A stretch of DNA of 63,275 nucleotides, counting the filler, from Octopus bimaculoides (taxonomy: Eukaryota): assembly GCF_001194135.2 (NCBI RefSeq). It is 6 parts of 5 records of this genome, joined end to end, with 100 filler letters (N's around TTAATTAATTAA, not from the genome) between each part and the next. Parts side by side here need not be neighbours in the genome. Positions count along the whole stretch, not along the records: positions 1 to 30,890 come from NC_068992.1; 5 more parts are not named here. One strand, given 5' to 3'. Shown piece after piece: positions 14,187-29,105 of this stretch. How positions within the stretch are numbered: the stretch's first letter is position 1; each line of letters opens with the position of its first letter. The position numbers were made by a program, and so were the translations under genes. A model generated the notes under the pieces. It saw only the letters and a program-made list of their open reading frames with translations, had not been told where the DNA came from and made no database searches.

Positions 14187-17100
14187 ACACATATATACGT
14201 AGATATACGACGGATTCTCCCGTCGGTTTCGACGTATGACAATCTGAGAACCTACTCATACTTTGTCAGTCACACACGGAACCATATAGTTTGGAAGTAA
14301 GCTTCTTTTCACTCAGACACACCGGCGACCATATATATATATATATCATATTATAGTTCAATGATAGACACTTTCCTACAATTTGACTCATCTTTGTTAA
14401 AATCTGAAGTGTACTTGATCACCACATAAAGCACTAGAGAATGCTAATAATCACTCTGGTTGCTGGTGACACACATTATATATAAAAATTAGAAGCACAA
14501 TTTTCTGATTTATGCTGTCTAATGATATTCTGAGTTACATATTTAAGTAGTCTCAGGACGGAAACGAGGAGAGAAATATGATATTAAATCATGTTAGCTA
14601 ATGTATAATAATTCATACATTATATGCAGATATGAAGAGACAATAACTATCACACAGTAGTTCATGAGATAATAAAAAATGTAAAAGAAGTCATTAAGTT
14701 ATATGAAGCAGTAGCAGTAAAAGATATATAATGTCATGTGACTCATGAATTATATATACACTCATTATCTCATCATACAAATTTGGCTATATTATAATGT
14801 TGGAAACAATAACAAACAACAACATATATAAACTGAATTTTGTACAAATGATATTATTTTGCTTGTGAAATTATTAATTCAGTTTCTTTACAGCTGCAGA
14901 ACTGCCAGTAAGTCTGATTCTTCTCAAGTTTAAAGAATTGTATTTAATAGTGAATATCATGCTATTCAAATGCAATCACAAACCAAAACTTCAATAGTAG
15001 TTACATGACTGTACAAGCCTTCAGCATTTCCGTTATATGCTTCTTTATGTTTTAGTTATATTCTTGGCTTTTGGCTTTGAAAGGTCTAATACAGAGGAAT
15101 ATTTCTATGCGAAAGAAAGTGATAAACAAATATACAGTATGCGGCTGCAATTCTGGTTTTTCAACAATGATGTTCAGGTTTGCTTTCACGTAGCTTCAGA
15201 CAAATTTACTATGGAAAAGAAAGGGACAAGTCGGCAATAGTTCTATGATAGCCAGCATTTCTTTCGCTATTGGTTTGAACATCATGAAAGCATGAATGCA
15301 TCCAAAGCATTCCTGTTATTACATCTATACGTTTTAGTAGTGAGATTGATAGTGCGTGTTGTTTTTGTTTTGCTTTTATATGTGCGTTGTTACTTTGCGT
15401 ATGAATATGTGTAACCTGTGTTCGTTTGTGCGTGCCTCTGTCTGCGTCTGAGTGTGTCAGCGTTTTTTTCTATGCTCAAGATTTATTTTACATATACTTT
15501 ATTGATTGTTGACTGTCATTATGCGGTATACATACATACGCATATGGACACACACACGTTTCTTGTGAAAATATGCGTGGGGATGCACTTACAACCTGGC
15601 ATATACTCATGATATCACGGTACAGAAACATATACATATATGCCACCAACTCTCGGCACAGACACACACATATTTGTATGCATATGCTTTTAGACTACGT
15701 CTGAGTTTATGTGCATATGTTTAGAACATATTCGTGCACGCGCAATATAACGACAGAGGAGGTGATACTAAGCAGTTAAACTTAAGTATATATAATTTAT
15801 TTTTAACATGAACATATGCCACCAGCTGTTACACAAAATAATTAGAAGTGAGAGCATTAGAAAATCATTGGATATTTAGCTGACAACTGTCACATCGCTC
15901 ACAGCATAACTTACACTTTCACTTCTAATCCAAATTTTCAAAAATGTTTTGAAGGCATTCTACAAAGCAGAATATTTATGGTTATTTAATTTTGCAAGTC
16001 AATATCAAATTTTATATTTACTGATGATGCTTATTAGGCTTGTTGCAAGAGAGGAAATATACGATGTTGTGGCACTATTTACCGTTTATTTAGGCGTTAT
16101 GATGTAATTTGAGAAAGATTTGGCTGCTATTTCTTTCTAGTTGAGAGATTATGTAAAGGTTCATGTGTATTGTTCTCATAAAGAGAAACAGTTACAATTT
16201 TGCTCGGAACCTAGTGATTGGTTGAAACTGGCAAATTTTAAATGATTGCAACATCTTCTTTGTTATAAAAAAAAATAAAATTACTGCATTTTTTTTTGTT
16301 TCTATATCAACATGCAAAACTACATAAGAAACAAAACATTTCGGAAATGATCAAATTAAAATTTCATAAACTCAAAGATGAAGGTGGAAATTTTATATCA
16401 CCGGCTTACATGTATATATATTTTTTTTAAGTGGAACAACACGTGTGACGTCAACGCACTCGATACTTAAAATAGGATGGATGGATTAATAACACGATCG
16501 AATTCGGATGACCGGTTTCTTAGAAATGGGGTACATTTGAAGATACAAGTGCAGGGTTCTATGTAGATATACAGCAGTTAATTTTAGCCGTAGCCTATGA
16601 ATTGGCTGGTCAGTACATAATGAATAGCTGTTTGGTGTAATAGATGAAGCGGAGATAAGCAACATTGAATAGTATTAGCGAAGAATGTATACTGATAATC
16701 GTCTCCGTACAGAAGGAGGAAGAGGGAAAACGTGAAAGTGAACGGTATTGTCTGCTACTAAACATAGAGTTGTAGCTGCGTATGCCACAGAATGATGACA
16801 AATACAAAACTGCTGAAAATTTGACAGAAAAGAGTCGGTGTAAAAGGGGTAGGGGAGAAAGCTATAGAAAACTATAAAACATTTTATGTTGGCGTTTTCA
16901 TAAAATAAGAAATGAATAATTGCCAGTTGATAAATAAATAAATTAGTGAACGAAGAAAATGTTCTTAATTTGCTTATAATTATTACTAGAATCATCAGCT
17001 TCTTTTTGTTCGTCATTATCTCCATCCTTTTTCTCATCTTCATCGTCATCATCGGCGTCCTTATGATCGTTGTTCCTCATCATCTTCAGTGGCAGCCAGT

Positions 17101-17492
17101 CAGAGTAATTGAGACGTTTGATTGAGAATAACTGTGTAAATTCAATTTAATGAAAAATGAGGTTAATGAGTATTTGGTTTAATGAATAAAAAGATAAACT
17201 TTTCTAACTTGAATGAGGGATAAATAATGAATAAGTGGAAACAGATAATTGAATATATAAATGAGATTATGAACAAATTTCGTGAATATGAGTTTTTTCA
17301 CGACCATATAATAATCGACATTACCATCATCATCATTTTGGAAATTTTACCAAAATTGGATTCTACACAACTTTGTAGCATTAAAGTTATTGAAACCTAG
17401 GTTAATATTAAGGAAATGTTTAAATAAAGCTTAACTACAATTATATACGTCACGCATCTCCACAGCATCATCACCATCACAAAGCCATCGTT

Positions 17493-17585
17493 TTCTTCTT
17501 CTTCTTCTTCTTCTTCTTCTTCTTCTTCTTCTTCTTCTTCTTCTTCTTCTTCTTCTTCTTCTTCTTCTTCTTCTTCTTCTTCTTC
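17493..17585. repeat. (TTC)31 trinucleotide microsatellite
   Basis: Uninterrupted run read directly. Confidence 0.97.
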
Positions 17586-17964
17586 CTCAAAACCACCACC
17601 ACCACCATTTATTTGATAATTGTTCTATCNNNNNNNNNNNNNNNNNNNNNNNNNNNNNNNNNNNNNNNNNNNNNNNNNNNNNNNNNNNNNNNNNNNNNNN
17701 NNNNNNNNNNNNNNNNNNNNNNNNNNNNNNNNNNNNNNNNNNNNNNNNNNNNNNNNNNNNNNNNNNNNNNNNNNNNNNNNNNNNNNNNNNNNNNNNNNNN
17801 NNNNNNNNNNNNNNNNNNNNNNNNNNNNNNNNNNNNNNNNNNNNNNNNNNNNNNNNNNNNNNNNNNNNNNNNNNNNNNNNNNNNNNNNNNNNNNNNNNNN
17901 NNNNNNNNNNNNNNNNNNNNNNNNNNNNNNNNNNNNNNNNNNNNNNNNNNNNNNNNNNNNNNNN

Positions 17965-18023
<59 letters not shown>

Positions 18024-18040
18024 ATATATATATATATATA

Positions 18041-18129
<89 letters not shown>

Positions 18130-19477
18130 TATTTTATCATGTATCATATATTGAAATTTCTCGTTAACTCCTTCTCTATCATGCAGCAAATTTATAATAA
18201 TATATGAGGTCACTTTAAATATAAAGTTGTCATGAATGAAGATCTCTTAAGCTAAATTTCTATTTGATGCACTAGAGGAGATCTTTATATTCGCCTGGGA
18301 TTTTAAAACAACTATTGTTTGACAGTCACGAACATATGGTCGAAATAGTCTCGGAAATAACAGGCGTCAAAAAATTTGGGACACAAGAATATTTTTTAGG
18401 AATTTAATTGGAAAAGATAGAAACACGTAAGATATCTTTATAAAATATAAAACTGGAAAAGGAATATATAATTTCCTTTATGCATGATTCAGGTGACAAC
18501 TATGAAAAGAAAGAAAAACCTTGTTTATTTATTCTAAAGAAAAGCTGATGCTATTATATTATACATAGCGAGGCCCGGTTGGAAAGTGAAATGTCACAAG
18601 CACATTATGCAGAAATGTAACTGAATGAATCAGTCGGTTTCAAAAGCAAAAAGAGAAAGAATGAAATGTATGCAAGACCGGTTGGAATAAAAAGACAAAT
18701 AACAACCAACAACAAGAACATTGCAAAAAATAAGAACACAAGACATTCTGAAATAAATGACCATGAGATGAAAAAAGTTATAACAAAATGGAGTACAAGA
18801 AAATAAAGTAGAAAGAGTTCAAAGTGATAACAGAAGAAGAGAGACGAAGACGAGGGAAAGGAGTGATACGGAAGACATTTGCGGTGTGCTGGCTGTCATT
18901 ATATTGTGAAAAATTCCATATACCAAAAAGAATGCATGAACTCATATGAACCAAAATCAATGAAAAATCCAAGAAAATATAACTGCATTAGATACAAAAT
19001 TTTCAAATTATATGTTTGCGTGTAGCCCAGCTTTTTGTTATGGAGCATAGTGAAAATATTTTTTGCGTTCATATGAATAAGTGCTGAAATTTGAAACCAA
19101 TTTATAAATGTTGATAGGAAATAAAATACAAAAATAACATTATAAGTTACCTTGCAGAAATAGAGTTGACGAAAATATTGCACATTACAGCTATTTTGTA
19201 CAATGTTCTCTATGTGCAGCAAAACTAATTATGTGATATAACCCTGCAAATTAAAAATGAATACATTGACAGAAATATCTATATACGTAATCGGTACATA
19301 GCTTCTAGATGTAATAATGTACATGCAAAATATTGCATCAATGCATTAAAAATAAATTAAAACATGAAACTGAGTGAAACTAAGTACATAAACGCTGCCA
19401 CATTAGGAAAATATAATCAAACGTTCACGCATACAAACACATACAAACACATATGTCAGTATACATACATGTACGTG

Positions 19478-19525
<48 letters not shown>

Positions 19526-21394
19526 TACGTACATACATTTATGTGTGTATGTATGTATATCTCTTTATATATGACATATGAATCACTTCTGTATAGACGC
19601 AAATACAGGCTAATATTCTCAGACAAAATTCTAAGTGTTCCGATATTCCTAAATGTGAGTGCGTACATTCACAAAATAATTTGCAAAGACACAAAATTCG
19701 TCGCTCTGAAGCTTCCCCATTACCAGTTAAACGTGTAAAGGAAACCAACAAACCTATAATCCGTATGCACAGATTTAATGTGGGTGAAACTTGATTTGAT
19801 AAATGTGATATAGAAACGGTACTCTTTATTCCTCAGTTGATATTTTAAATAATATTGAACTATTTTGTTGCTTACTCCTCTCATATATCTTTCTGTGTTT
19901 TTTTTTTCGTTTACTTTGTCAAAATATATTAGTCAGTATATTATTTTTCACTCTCGTACATTTATCTACTTGGTAGCGTCGATAGTATCTTCGTGCTTTG
20001 TAACGAAAATAGTTTAGTCATTTAGAGAACGCTGATAAAAATCAGGCGTAAGATAGTGTGATGGAAAATAGTGGAAAGAATATATGGAAGAGACAGATAA
20101 AGCCAACATTTAGTGAGAGAACTGTAATTAATATTTGTAGAGAAACAAGCAAATAATTTAACACTCTTACTAAAAACAATATATCATGTCTTACAAGTAG
20201 ACTTTTTAAACATTGATCCGATCTTGATTTTTATAATTTTTGTCCACGTGGTTAGTTAAACAATCATTTACGCACCGAATATTCTTCAAACGTTTGTCAG
20301 TATGTCAACGAGAAGTATTAGCCGTGCTTATTATAATTGCTATAAGTAGCATCATCAAATAACATCTTACTGCAGAGAGAAATAATGAAGAGATTAAGTA
20401 TGTAATGAATATATAATTTCAAAGCCTAACAAAAACTCCATAGTTGGTGTCATTAGATCGATTGGATCAACACTTATGCAGGTGTAAAACTACAAAAAAT
20501 CATTAAACCCAAACAACAAAGTTAACACAAAAATTACTTGGGTACATCATCTTCTGTACCTTCAATATTATTGATTCGGCAGAGGGGCGTATGGGGTTAA
20601 GACGTCCTTTTTGCAATGCATTTTTTTTTCTGTTTCTAGCCCGCTAATTGGAAGGCTAATTTAGTGTCTACTACCATACATAGTGGTTGCACAAACAATT
20701 GTGAATGGAAATTCGATAATCAGAAATATTTGGCTCGTAATAACTGCAGTATTTCGAAATATGCGCATAGTGGACCATACGGATTCAAAGAAATTGCGAT
20801 GGCGATGAAAAAACATGGGGATTAAACACATTGTATAGTATTTTTCGAGTTATCGTCACACGCATTATGAGAATAATTCTGCCAAAATTCTGATATTTAC
20901 GAATATTCTTATTTCTGCTTTGATGCATAAATTTGTATATATTCATGGGGATTCATTCATTACGTCAATATAATATACGATATTATCAAGTCAGCGGTTG
21001 AGGTCATTAATTTCGAATATATCATAGATTTCTTGCTATAGCTGAGAGTGCGGAGAGCTTAACTTTTGGTGATATACCATGATAATCAAATAAATATTCT
21101 AAACAGAAATTACTTACTGAAAAACAAATTAGTATTCTGGAAATTTCAAGGGAATGTTAATGGTAATCTTTAGATTAGCCAGAAAGTTAGCCTGCTGAAG
21201 TATTGCTCCTATGGTTCACACTCCTTTATCAATTTGTATTGTCTATCAATAAGACTTAAATATAGGCATTTTCCAAGTAGCATGTCATATACATTTTACG
21301 CTGCAAACTCTGGTAGTGTTAAAATCTTTGTGTGTGATTTAAATTGGAAAGAATACATCAGCAAAAGTTGCTCACACACACACATACACACACA

Positions 21395-21434
<40 letters not shown>

Positions 21435-22830
21435 AAGCTACACTGAATTAGAATTAGACCATAAGCGAATTTTAAAGAAAATGTGATACTTAACTACATC
21501 ACCTTGCCTTCGCCTTTGCTACTTATCTATTATCTCAGTTCAAGTTTTTGATTCTATTAAAGTAGTTATCAGGTATTTCTTGGAGTTAATTCAATCAACT
21601 GTATCAGATCTGGAGCGATGTGTTTTCTTTTCCTAATCTTAGGACAAGAGAAATGCCATACCGCTGAAATAGAATTATAAAAAAGAGATATTTCTCTGAG
21701 CTAGATCGAGAGAACCCCAACTATAATGATGTTTAAGTGTGAATGTGTGTACAAGCCAAATATCTGTTGTAGTCAAACAGCGATATCAAGATAGTTCCAA
21801 ATATTTAATAATACGACTTTTGTTTTAATAAATTCAATACACTATTGGAAATGAGACAAATATGGGCCCATCAAAGAAGTCTCCCTTGTTCCTGAATAAC
21901 TATCATACTTAAAAAAAAGCATACAGCATAAATAATATCCTTTTCTACTCTAGGCTCAAGGCCCGACATTTGTAGATCGACCCCAGTAGTCACAATGCAT
22001 TGTTTCATCGTATAAAAGGGGGTTAATACGATTTTGTCCAGAAATCACGTTTTCAAATTTTATTTCCCCCCTCCCCACCACAATTTCTTAATTTGTAACA
22101 TTTATTTATTTTTTTCTGCACGTAGAAGGAAACAGTGATTACGAATCTGAGAAAAATATAGTTTTATTTCTTTTTTAAGAAACACTCAATGCCGCTTCCT
22201 CCAAAATATGTATTCTGTGGCATAGTGATGTTATAAAAAAATGGAAAGTCACCGATTTAGCAAAAGTTCCTACGTGTCACCAATGTAACAAAGTACAGAA
22301 AGTCAACATTTATTTGGAACATGTACTAAATGTTATAAAATTCAGGATTGAATGAATGTCACGGTGAAGAAAGTGAAAGTCCAAGAAAATTCAAAAGGCA
22401 TAATTCAATTTTTCATACAAAATTGCTTTATTTTACAATTTTGAAACGAACAAAGTTTATACAAAGGAATATGCTGTTGTTGTGAATGTTAATGTAAAGC
22501 ATTTGCTGAAGGATGTATACAGCAAGATATAAATTAATTTTTTAACTGTATAGCGTTATAGGTTGAAGAATAAAAACTGACTAATGCAGTAAAAAGATTG
22601 TGTGATGTAGATACACGCCGTGATGAAAAAGCATAGCAGGAATACAATAAAGACTGTTTAAAAAGCATTGTCTTCAAACTGGTTAGAAGGACTGGAATAA
22701 CATTTCTGTAATTATATTTAAAGAACCGCTGAAGCTTTCTATTTTTTTTTCTGTTAGATTTGTGAGTATTGCGAATGCTGTGAACTGTGCCAAATCTCCA
22801 TGTTGGTAGTACTTAAAAGTTGACGCTGTT

Positions 22831-22917
22831 GTTCGTTTAAATTCCAGGACGCAACTAAAGTTCGTATAAAGTTCTGGCCGCCACTAAAGTTAGTTTAAAG
22901 TCTAGGTGGCAACTAAA
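22831..22917. repeat. Diverged 29-bp minisatellite, 3 copies (GTTCGTTTAAA.....GG..GC(A/C)ACTAAA)
   Basis: Units 22831-22859, 22860-22888 and 22889-22917 align without gaps. Confidence 0.8.
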
Positions 22918-23374
22918 CTGTTGTTTTACTGTTATCCGTGTTTTACTGTTGGGGGAGGGTGGTAAAGTCATATACATATATTAAAACACACACATACATA
23001 CATTGACACAAACATCAAGTCTATTTCTGTCCCTGTGTGTGCCTGTTTCTGTCTTTAGATATGTGTGTGTCACAAAAATGTATTTATACTGACGACACAT
23101 GCTCCATCACACATATATACTTGTTAGTAATCGTGCTAACGTACGTAACGAAAGTGGAAACATACGCATATAGAGAATCTGACATCATTGTCGTTATGGT
23201 GGTTCTACAAAATGCCGTTTACAATAGCTGATAAAAGGAAAATGATAATGTAACATTTTTGTAATGCAAACATGTGAAAGAAAATATAGTTTAGTCGGTA
23301 GGCAAAAGCTCACTAAATCTTTAGATACCTCGCACAGGAAAATCGACTACTCGGTTATGGAATACATAAGGAAC

Positions 23375-23408
<34 letters not shown>

Positions 23409-25250
23409 GCATGCATGTATGTATGTATATATACAAAACTAAATTCACAGGTACTCTGTATTTCCTGAATTGTTTTCATTATTCTGATGTTAAGTGTGTG
23501 CAGCAAGTGATAGATAAGAGTGCACGAAAAACAAATGCAAATTTCTGGAATAACATATTTGGAATTGCCTTTTGTGAATTAGATACTTGAAATATTGTAA
23601 AATAACAGTAATTTATATTTCATAGAAAAGAAAATATATCATTTAATAAACATGAAGTCGGTGGACATAACGTCAATTAAATTCGTAGCAGAAGAAAATA
23701 TGGCATATTGGAATTAAAAACGATATGAATTTGAATTGATTTGTATGTACGAGACAATAGGAAAATTGAAAGAATATACGAGGGAGAGACGACAACAAAT
23801 AAAATTCTATAGTTTTCGCTATACAATATATTATGATAAAATAAAAAAATTCAATCATCTTTCATCTTGCTTCCTTTTTCTCCTTTCAGATCTATATTTT
23901 AATTCTAGTTTTTCAAAGAAGTACAGTCACAAATAAAAAAAAAATGCATACACTTAAAATTGCATATCCAAAAATATCGCAATTTTGATACGAAATTCTA
24001 TTTATTATATATATACTAATTATCCATCGATGAAGACAATAGTGGACTCTCAGAATGGTAATTTAAATGAAAGACATCACGACACAATAGAGAACATCTG
24101 AATATTTTAAAATAAATACAGCTGATATATTCTATAAATTGACGGTGGACAGATGTCGAAATATATTTACATGACCCACCTAGCAACATTTTTTGCCTAT
24201 TTTGGTGATCATCAATAAATACTTGCAAGTAATAAGCATTGAATATTTCAGAACATAGCTTCATAAATCAAAACTTACGATAATAATCCAAACAAAGCGA
24301 GTATCGCATTTGCCATGCATAATCTTGATTCTTTAAATACTGCATGAACTGAGACAGTATCATATATTACTGCAGTGAGAGAGAATGCGTACAACAGAAA
24401 TGTCGTGATAATAGCACACCATAAGATGAAATTTGTCTCTGAAATAACATGCAAGATGTAATGTTTACGTACAATATTTTGCAACTGAACGACTCGTCTA
24501 AAAAATATATAAGTTACGTTTCTTATACAGCATAATTGACGAAACACAATACCCATGTGATTTCGTATACGTGAATGTATAATTGCGAATGTTGTTGGGG
24601 TGAGTTGTTTCAGCATCTGATTATATCTTTTATACATATGAGTGCGTATTCCTATATCTATGTAACACGATTTAAGAAACGTGCATTTCACAAAATTGAA
24701 ATTATCTTCAAATATTAGTTACAGAATCAGTTCTACTGCATTGTATTCCTGATCATTGCACTCCAGAACTAATATGCATATACGCCACATTGTCTCTTAT
24801 AAATTAAACAGGAGAATTTGAAATTTGATATTACCTCAGACATCAAAGTATTATGAGATTTACGTTTTATATCTTTGCGATCCGCAAGGCCGTAATCAAA
24901 GTGTTGAATATAAAGTTTAACGACATTAGCTCTAATTTACATCGTATATAGAACACAGCAGAGAAATTATTATTTTGAATTTTACCATTTTGAGTTTACT
25001 CTCATAATAATGTTAAAACATTCATCATTTTCTTGCTTTTCTTCAATAGGCTAATTTATTGCAGAAAATTTAGTTAGTGCCGCTGAGAAAGAAAGAAACA
25101 AATTTATAGTATTTATACGAAATTAAATATCAGCTGATGAATACATATCTTGAAAGTTTTAGGTTGTTGCAATGAATGCACACACAGACACATATACACA
25201 CATAACTATATATATATATGGGTATATATACGTATGCATATATGCGTGTT

Positions 25251-25297
<47 letters not shown>

Positions 25298-25368
25298 CTG
25301 TGTGCGTGTGTGTGTGTATGTATGTGTGTGTGTGTGTGTGTATGTTTATATATATATCTATGTAAGTA

Positions 25369-25426
<58 letters not shown>

Positions 25427-25726
25427 AATATATATATTCATATATGCATACGTACATATGTATATACATGCGTGTGTGTGTAAGTGTATGTGTTTGTGCG
25501 TGTGTGCGTTTGTTTGTGTGTATGTGTGTATGTATACATACAAACATATAAATAGTTATACAGTAATGTTTATATAAGTACATTTATGAATATTAGTTTT
25601 GCTTTTATTATCATAAGAAATCATTATTATTGTTTAATATTGTAGTTTCTACAACCTCCATCGTCAGCGTTCTCAAAAGCAATAGCACCCTTCATCGTCA
25701 TCATCTCCATTCCTCTACTTCATCAG

Positions 25727-25727
<1 letters not shown>

Positions 25728-25769
<42 letters not shown>

Positions 25770-25770
25770 G

Positions 25771-25824
<54 letters not shown>

Positions 25825-25825
25825 A

Positions 25826-25850
<25 letters not shown>
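25728..25850. repeat. Compound trinucleotide microsatellite (ATT)14-G-(CTA)18-(ATA)8
   Basis: Read directly; it produces the poly-L/poly-I and poly-V pseudo-ORFs. Confidence 0.95.
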
Positions 25851-25857
<7 letters not shown>

Positions 25858-26171
25858 CCATCGACGTTTCTATACAAAATACAATTTTAATAACTCCATT
25901 GCGTTCAAGCAAATAATTTGGCTTTCATAAGCAAAATTAATTACAGAAAATAAATCCTTGATCTTTTGGGCCTCTGTTTGAAATGACAATGACTAAAATA
26001 TCAATGAGTTAGTGAACAACTCTTGAATATAGATTCTTATTAGCTGCGCTGATGTCTTTTGTGCGTCATTAACTTTTTAGAAGTAAATTTTCTTTAACAA
26101 AACGAACCATTGCCAATAGAATTTGAGTTGTTAAATATTTCTCATAGAGTTGTTTTTGAAANNNNNNNNNN

Positions 26172-26211
<40 letters not shown>

Positions 26212-26374
26212 GTAGACAGACGGATGTGAGTGCGTGTGTATGTGTGTGTGTGTGTACTTGCAACGGAATCAATAAATAATTCATCGCTGTCTATTTCTGT
26301 ATGTTTACAAATAGGAATGAAACACTTTATTATGTCATATCTTACTAATATTGGTTTCAGATTTTGCGCTCGAT

Positions 26375-26505
26375 TAGTACTTAGTTCATCGACCCCGAAA
26401 GAGTGAAACGCAAAGTCCACCCCGAACGGTATTTGTTCCAACGGAATGTTGGAAGACATGCCGCTAGTCATAATGTGCGGCGCGGTAGCGATTCTGCCAG
26501 TTCGT
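26375..26505 (-). mobile_element. tRNA-derived SINE, family A (degraded)
   Basis: Reverse complement of the head seen at 53954 (GCGATTCTGCCAGTTCG) plus the ATCGACCCCGAAA central segment. Confidence 0.7.
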
Positions 26506-28110
26506 GAGAGATTTCTTCCATTCACACAGCTTTAGAAACTTTGCCCAATCTAACGAATTACAGTGCATATGACTTAGCAGTGTACTCCTGCATAAAAATT
26601 AGGCAGAGCATATGGGGATTGCCTAATCAGTTGTCATACGCATACGCAAAGGTTTCGTTATTGAGACCCAAAATGTCAGCTCAGTGATCACTTGTGTGCT
26701 ACTGCATCATTATACAGGTGTCACCATTGCTTCATTTTCATTATATAACTGAGTTTTCACCTTGTGTTGCCTGGATAATTTTATATTAATTGAAGTTGCA
26801 TCTGCATCAGATACCTTGGTAAAATTCGTGCAATGTCACACGGGAACAAATAGAGAATAGCACACCACACAACTCAGAAATAGCCACATAGATGTGTACA
26901 TAATATTATTTCTATGTATGTATGTGTATATACATATATATNNNNNNNNNNNNNNNNNNNNATATACATATACAAAACACTTATTCTCTCCTCCTATCCG
27001 CCATTCTGTATATTTAGATACACATTTATTTACTGATTGTTATAAATATTCCAATTTCTACACATAATAGAAAAAAAACACACACAACATACTCACACAC
27101 ACGCACAAAACACACATACACATACAAACATACATACACAGACACACAGCATTTGTTCGGGATGCTCTTGCATCTCCATGGTCAACACCTCAGAATTTGA
27201 AGTAATTAACTGCTAAAATTCTCTAAGATTATATGCATATGTTACCAATGTGTCACAGATAGGCAGAGTCTCAAAACTTCTTCAGTGTATTTCATTGGAA
27301 AACATTTTCGTAATTATATAAGGCGGAACTGAATATTTCTCCTTTCATATATATTTGGTTTTTCATCTCCATACCCGATGCGATGTGGGAGCCGAATTTG
27401 AAGCAAACAACGTTTAAATATTACGGAATTACATAATAATTGCAGTGCTCATAATTGGCAGGTGGACAATGACAAACGAATGAGAAATTATGTCATGAAC
27501 TCAATCAGCTTACACTGTTTATGTTGTAACCTAAAGCCACATTTACCATTTACAATTGTCACGCCGAAAAGTGGGGAGGAAAGACTGACGAGGGTATGAG
27601 CGTGGGGGTGTTTAGTTAGAGATATGGGGAGATCGCGAGGCTAAGTTGACAGTTATATATTTTCATATACATATTCATATATACGTACACACACTCAGTT
27701 GTATAAATGGTTGATGAGTGACACACCGACACAGTTTCGATTACTTGTTGTTATCCGTAACTTTATATCCTGCGAAAAGAGATAGATTGAAAGAAACATA
27801 ATCCAAGACAATGAGGAAATAGAAAAAGAAAGGGAGTAAACGTAGGATAAATATTTATATATATAAAGTATTTTAAATTCTTGGTGGTATATTATGGTTG
27901 CAAAACTAGATACGGTTCGCCTGCCGTCAATATGTACGCACACGCTTCTACAAATATGTTTCAAATTTAATACTGTTAATATGTTATTTAAGCAATGTAT
28001 TCGGGGGTAGTTAATGGACTCAGTATCATGTTGAAGAAAGAGAATTATTCCTGAAATATGCATAAACACATATTACCTAATATTCCACTTACGATTGTAT
28101 TCTTTATGAA

Positions 28111-28148
28111 GACGTTTTCGTATACAAAACGTCGAAATATTTAAGTAC
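28111..28148 (+). other. 8-bp hairpin GACGTTTT/AAAACGTC between ATGAA and GAAA (degenerate hammerhead-like motif)
   Basis: The stem 28111-28118 / 28126-28133 is seen directly. The upstream core TTTATGA is non-canonical. Confidence 0.3.
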
Positions 28149-28334
28149 TATCTTTAAATTCAATAGAATATATGTAGAAGTATACTTGAAAATGAAAGCA
28201 ACACTCTTGTAACACAAAGTATAACATGATATTGATATATAACACTTAAATATACTGTGTAATATATCATGATTCCAAAACGAAATACTGTATCCCCACC
28301 AGAAATTAATAATCTATATGTATATTGTATTACA

Positions 28335-28373
<39 letters not shown>

Positions 28374-28994
28374 AGAGATATAGATAATTATATAGAGAAA
28401 GATAAAGAAACAGGGAGAATGAGAGAGGGCGAGAGTGAGTGAGAGAGAGAATATACATTTAATATAAACACCATCATTAAAACACCGCTGCAGAAATAAA
28501 TTGATAATCTTATATTTTTTCTATAGAAAACTGCTGGATTACATCATAGATTCCGGCTGTTTTGAAATGTGTAACCCCCTAACCACAAACAAAACGTAAC
28601 GTTTCTAAACATTACTTGCTCATAGCATTAGAGATATGTAACATTCCCACCTGATGTTGCGCGCTAATTTGTGTGTATCAGTGTAAATATGCAAATGACT
28701 TACAAAATTATGAATATTCTGAAATTTTTATGCATAACGAATTACAGAAAATTTTTGAATTTCATACACTAGAGGATATTTATGTTTGAACCATCAGGAA
28801 AATACCCTAGAGTTTGGATTGCTAGCAATGCTGTAAATGTGTAAAACAAGTAGAGATTCTGCAGTGTAGCAATGATGTGAAAGTAAATATTGCTAATCTA
28901 TATGAAGATAAGTAACTCAAATAGCGAAAGTAAAATCATACATATTACAAATACATGCAAACACACGCACGCTCGCACACGATCATACACTTAC

Positions 28995-29035
<41 letters not shown>

Positions 29036-29105
29036 TGCATAAATATCTTTATACAGGGGGAGAAAGTGTATCAGACAATAATGTGTAATATATGAAGCGG
29101 CTTTA

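Noticed and set aside
14205-14250. GACGGA/TCCGTC hairpin next to TTTCG (hammerhead-like on the minus strand)
   Set aside because: There is no CUGANGA core upstream of the GAAA.
24275-24691. 138-aa minus-strand ORF not caused by repeats
   Set aside because: No recognisable domain or splice context, and the composition is as expected for AT-rich noncoding DNA.
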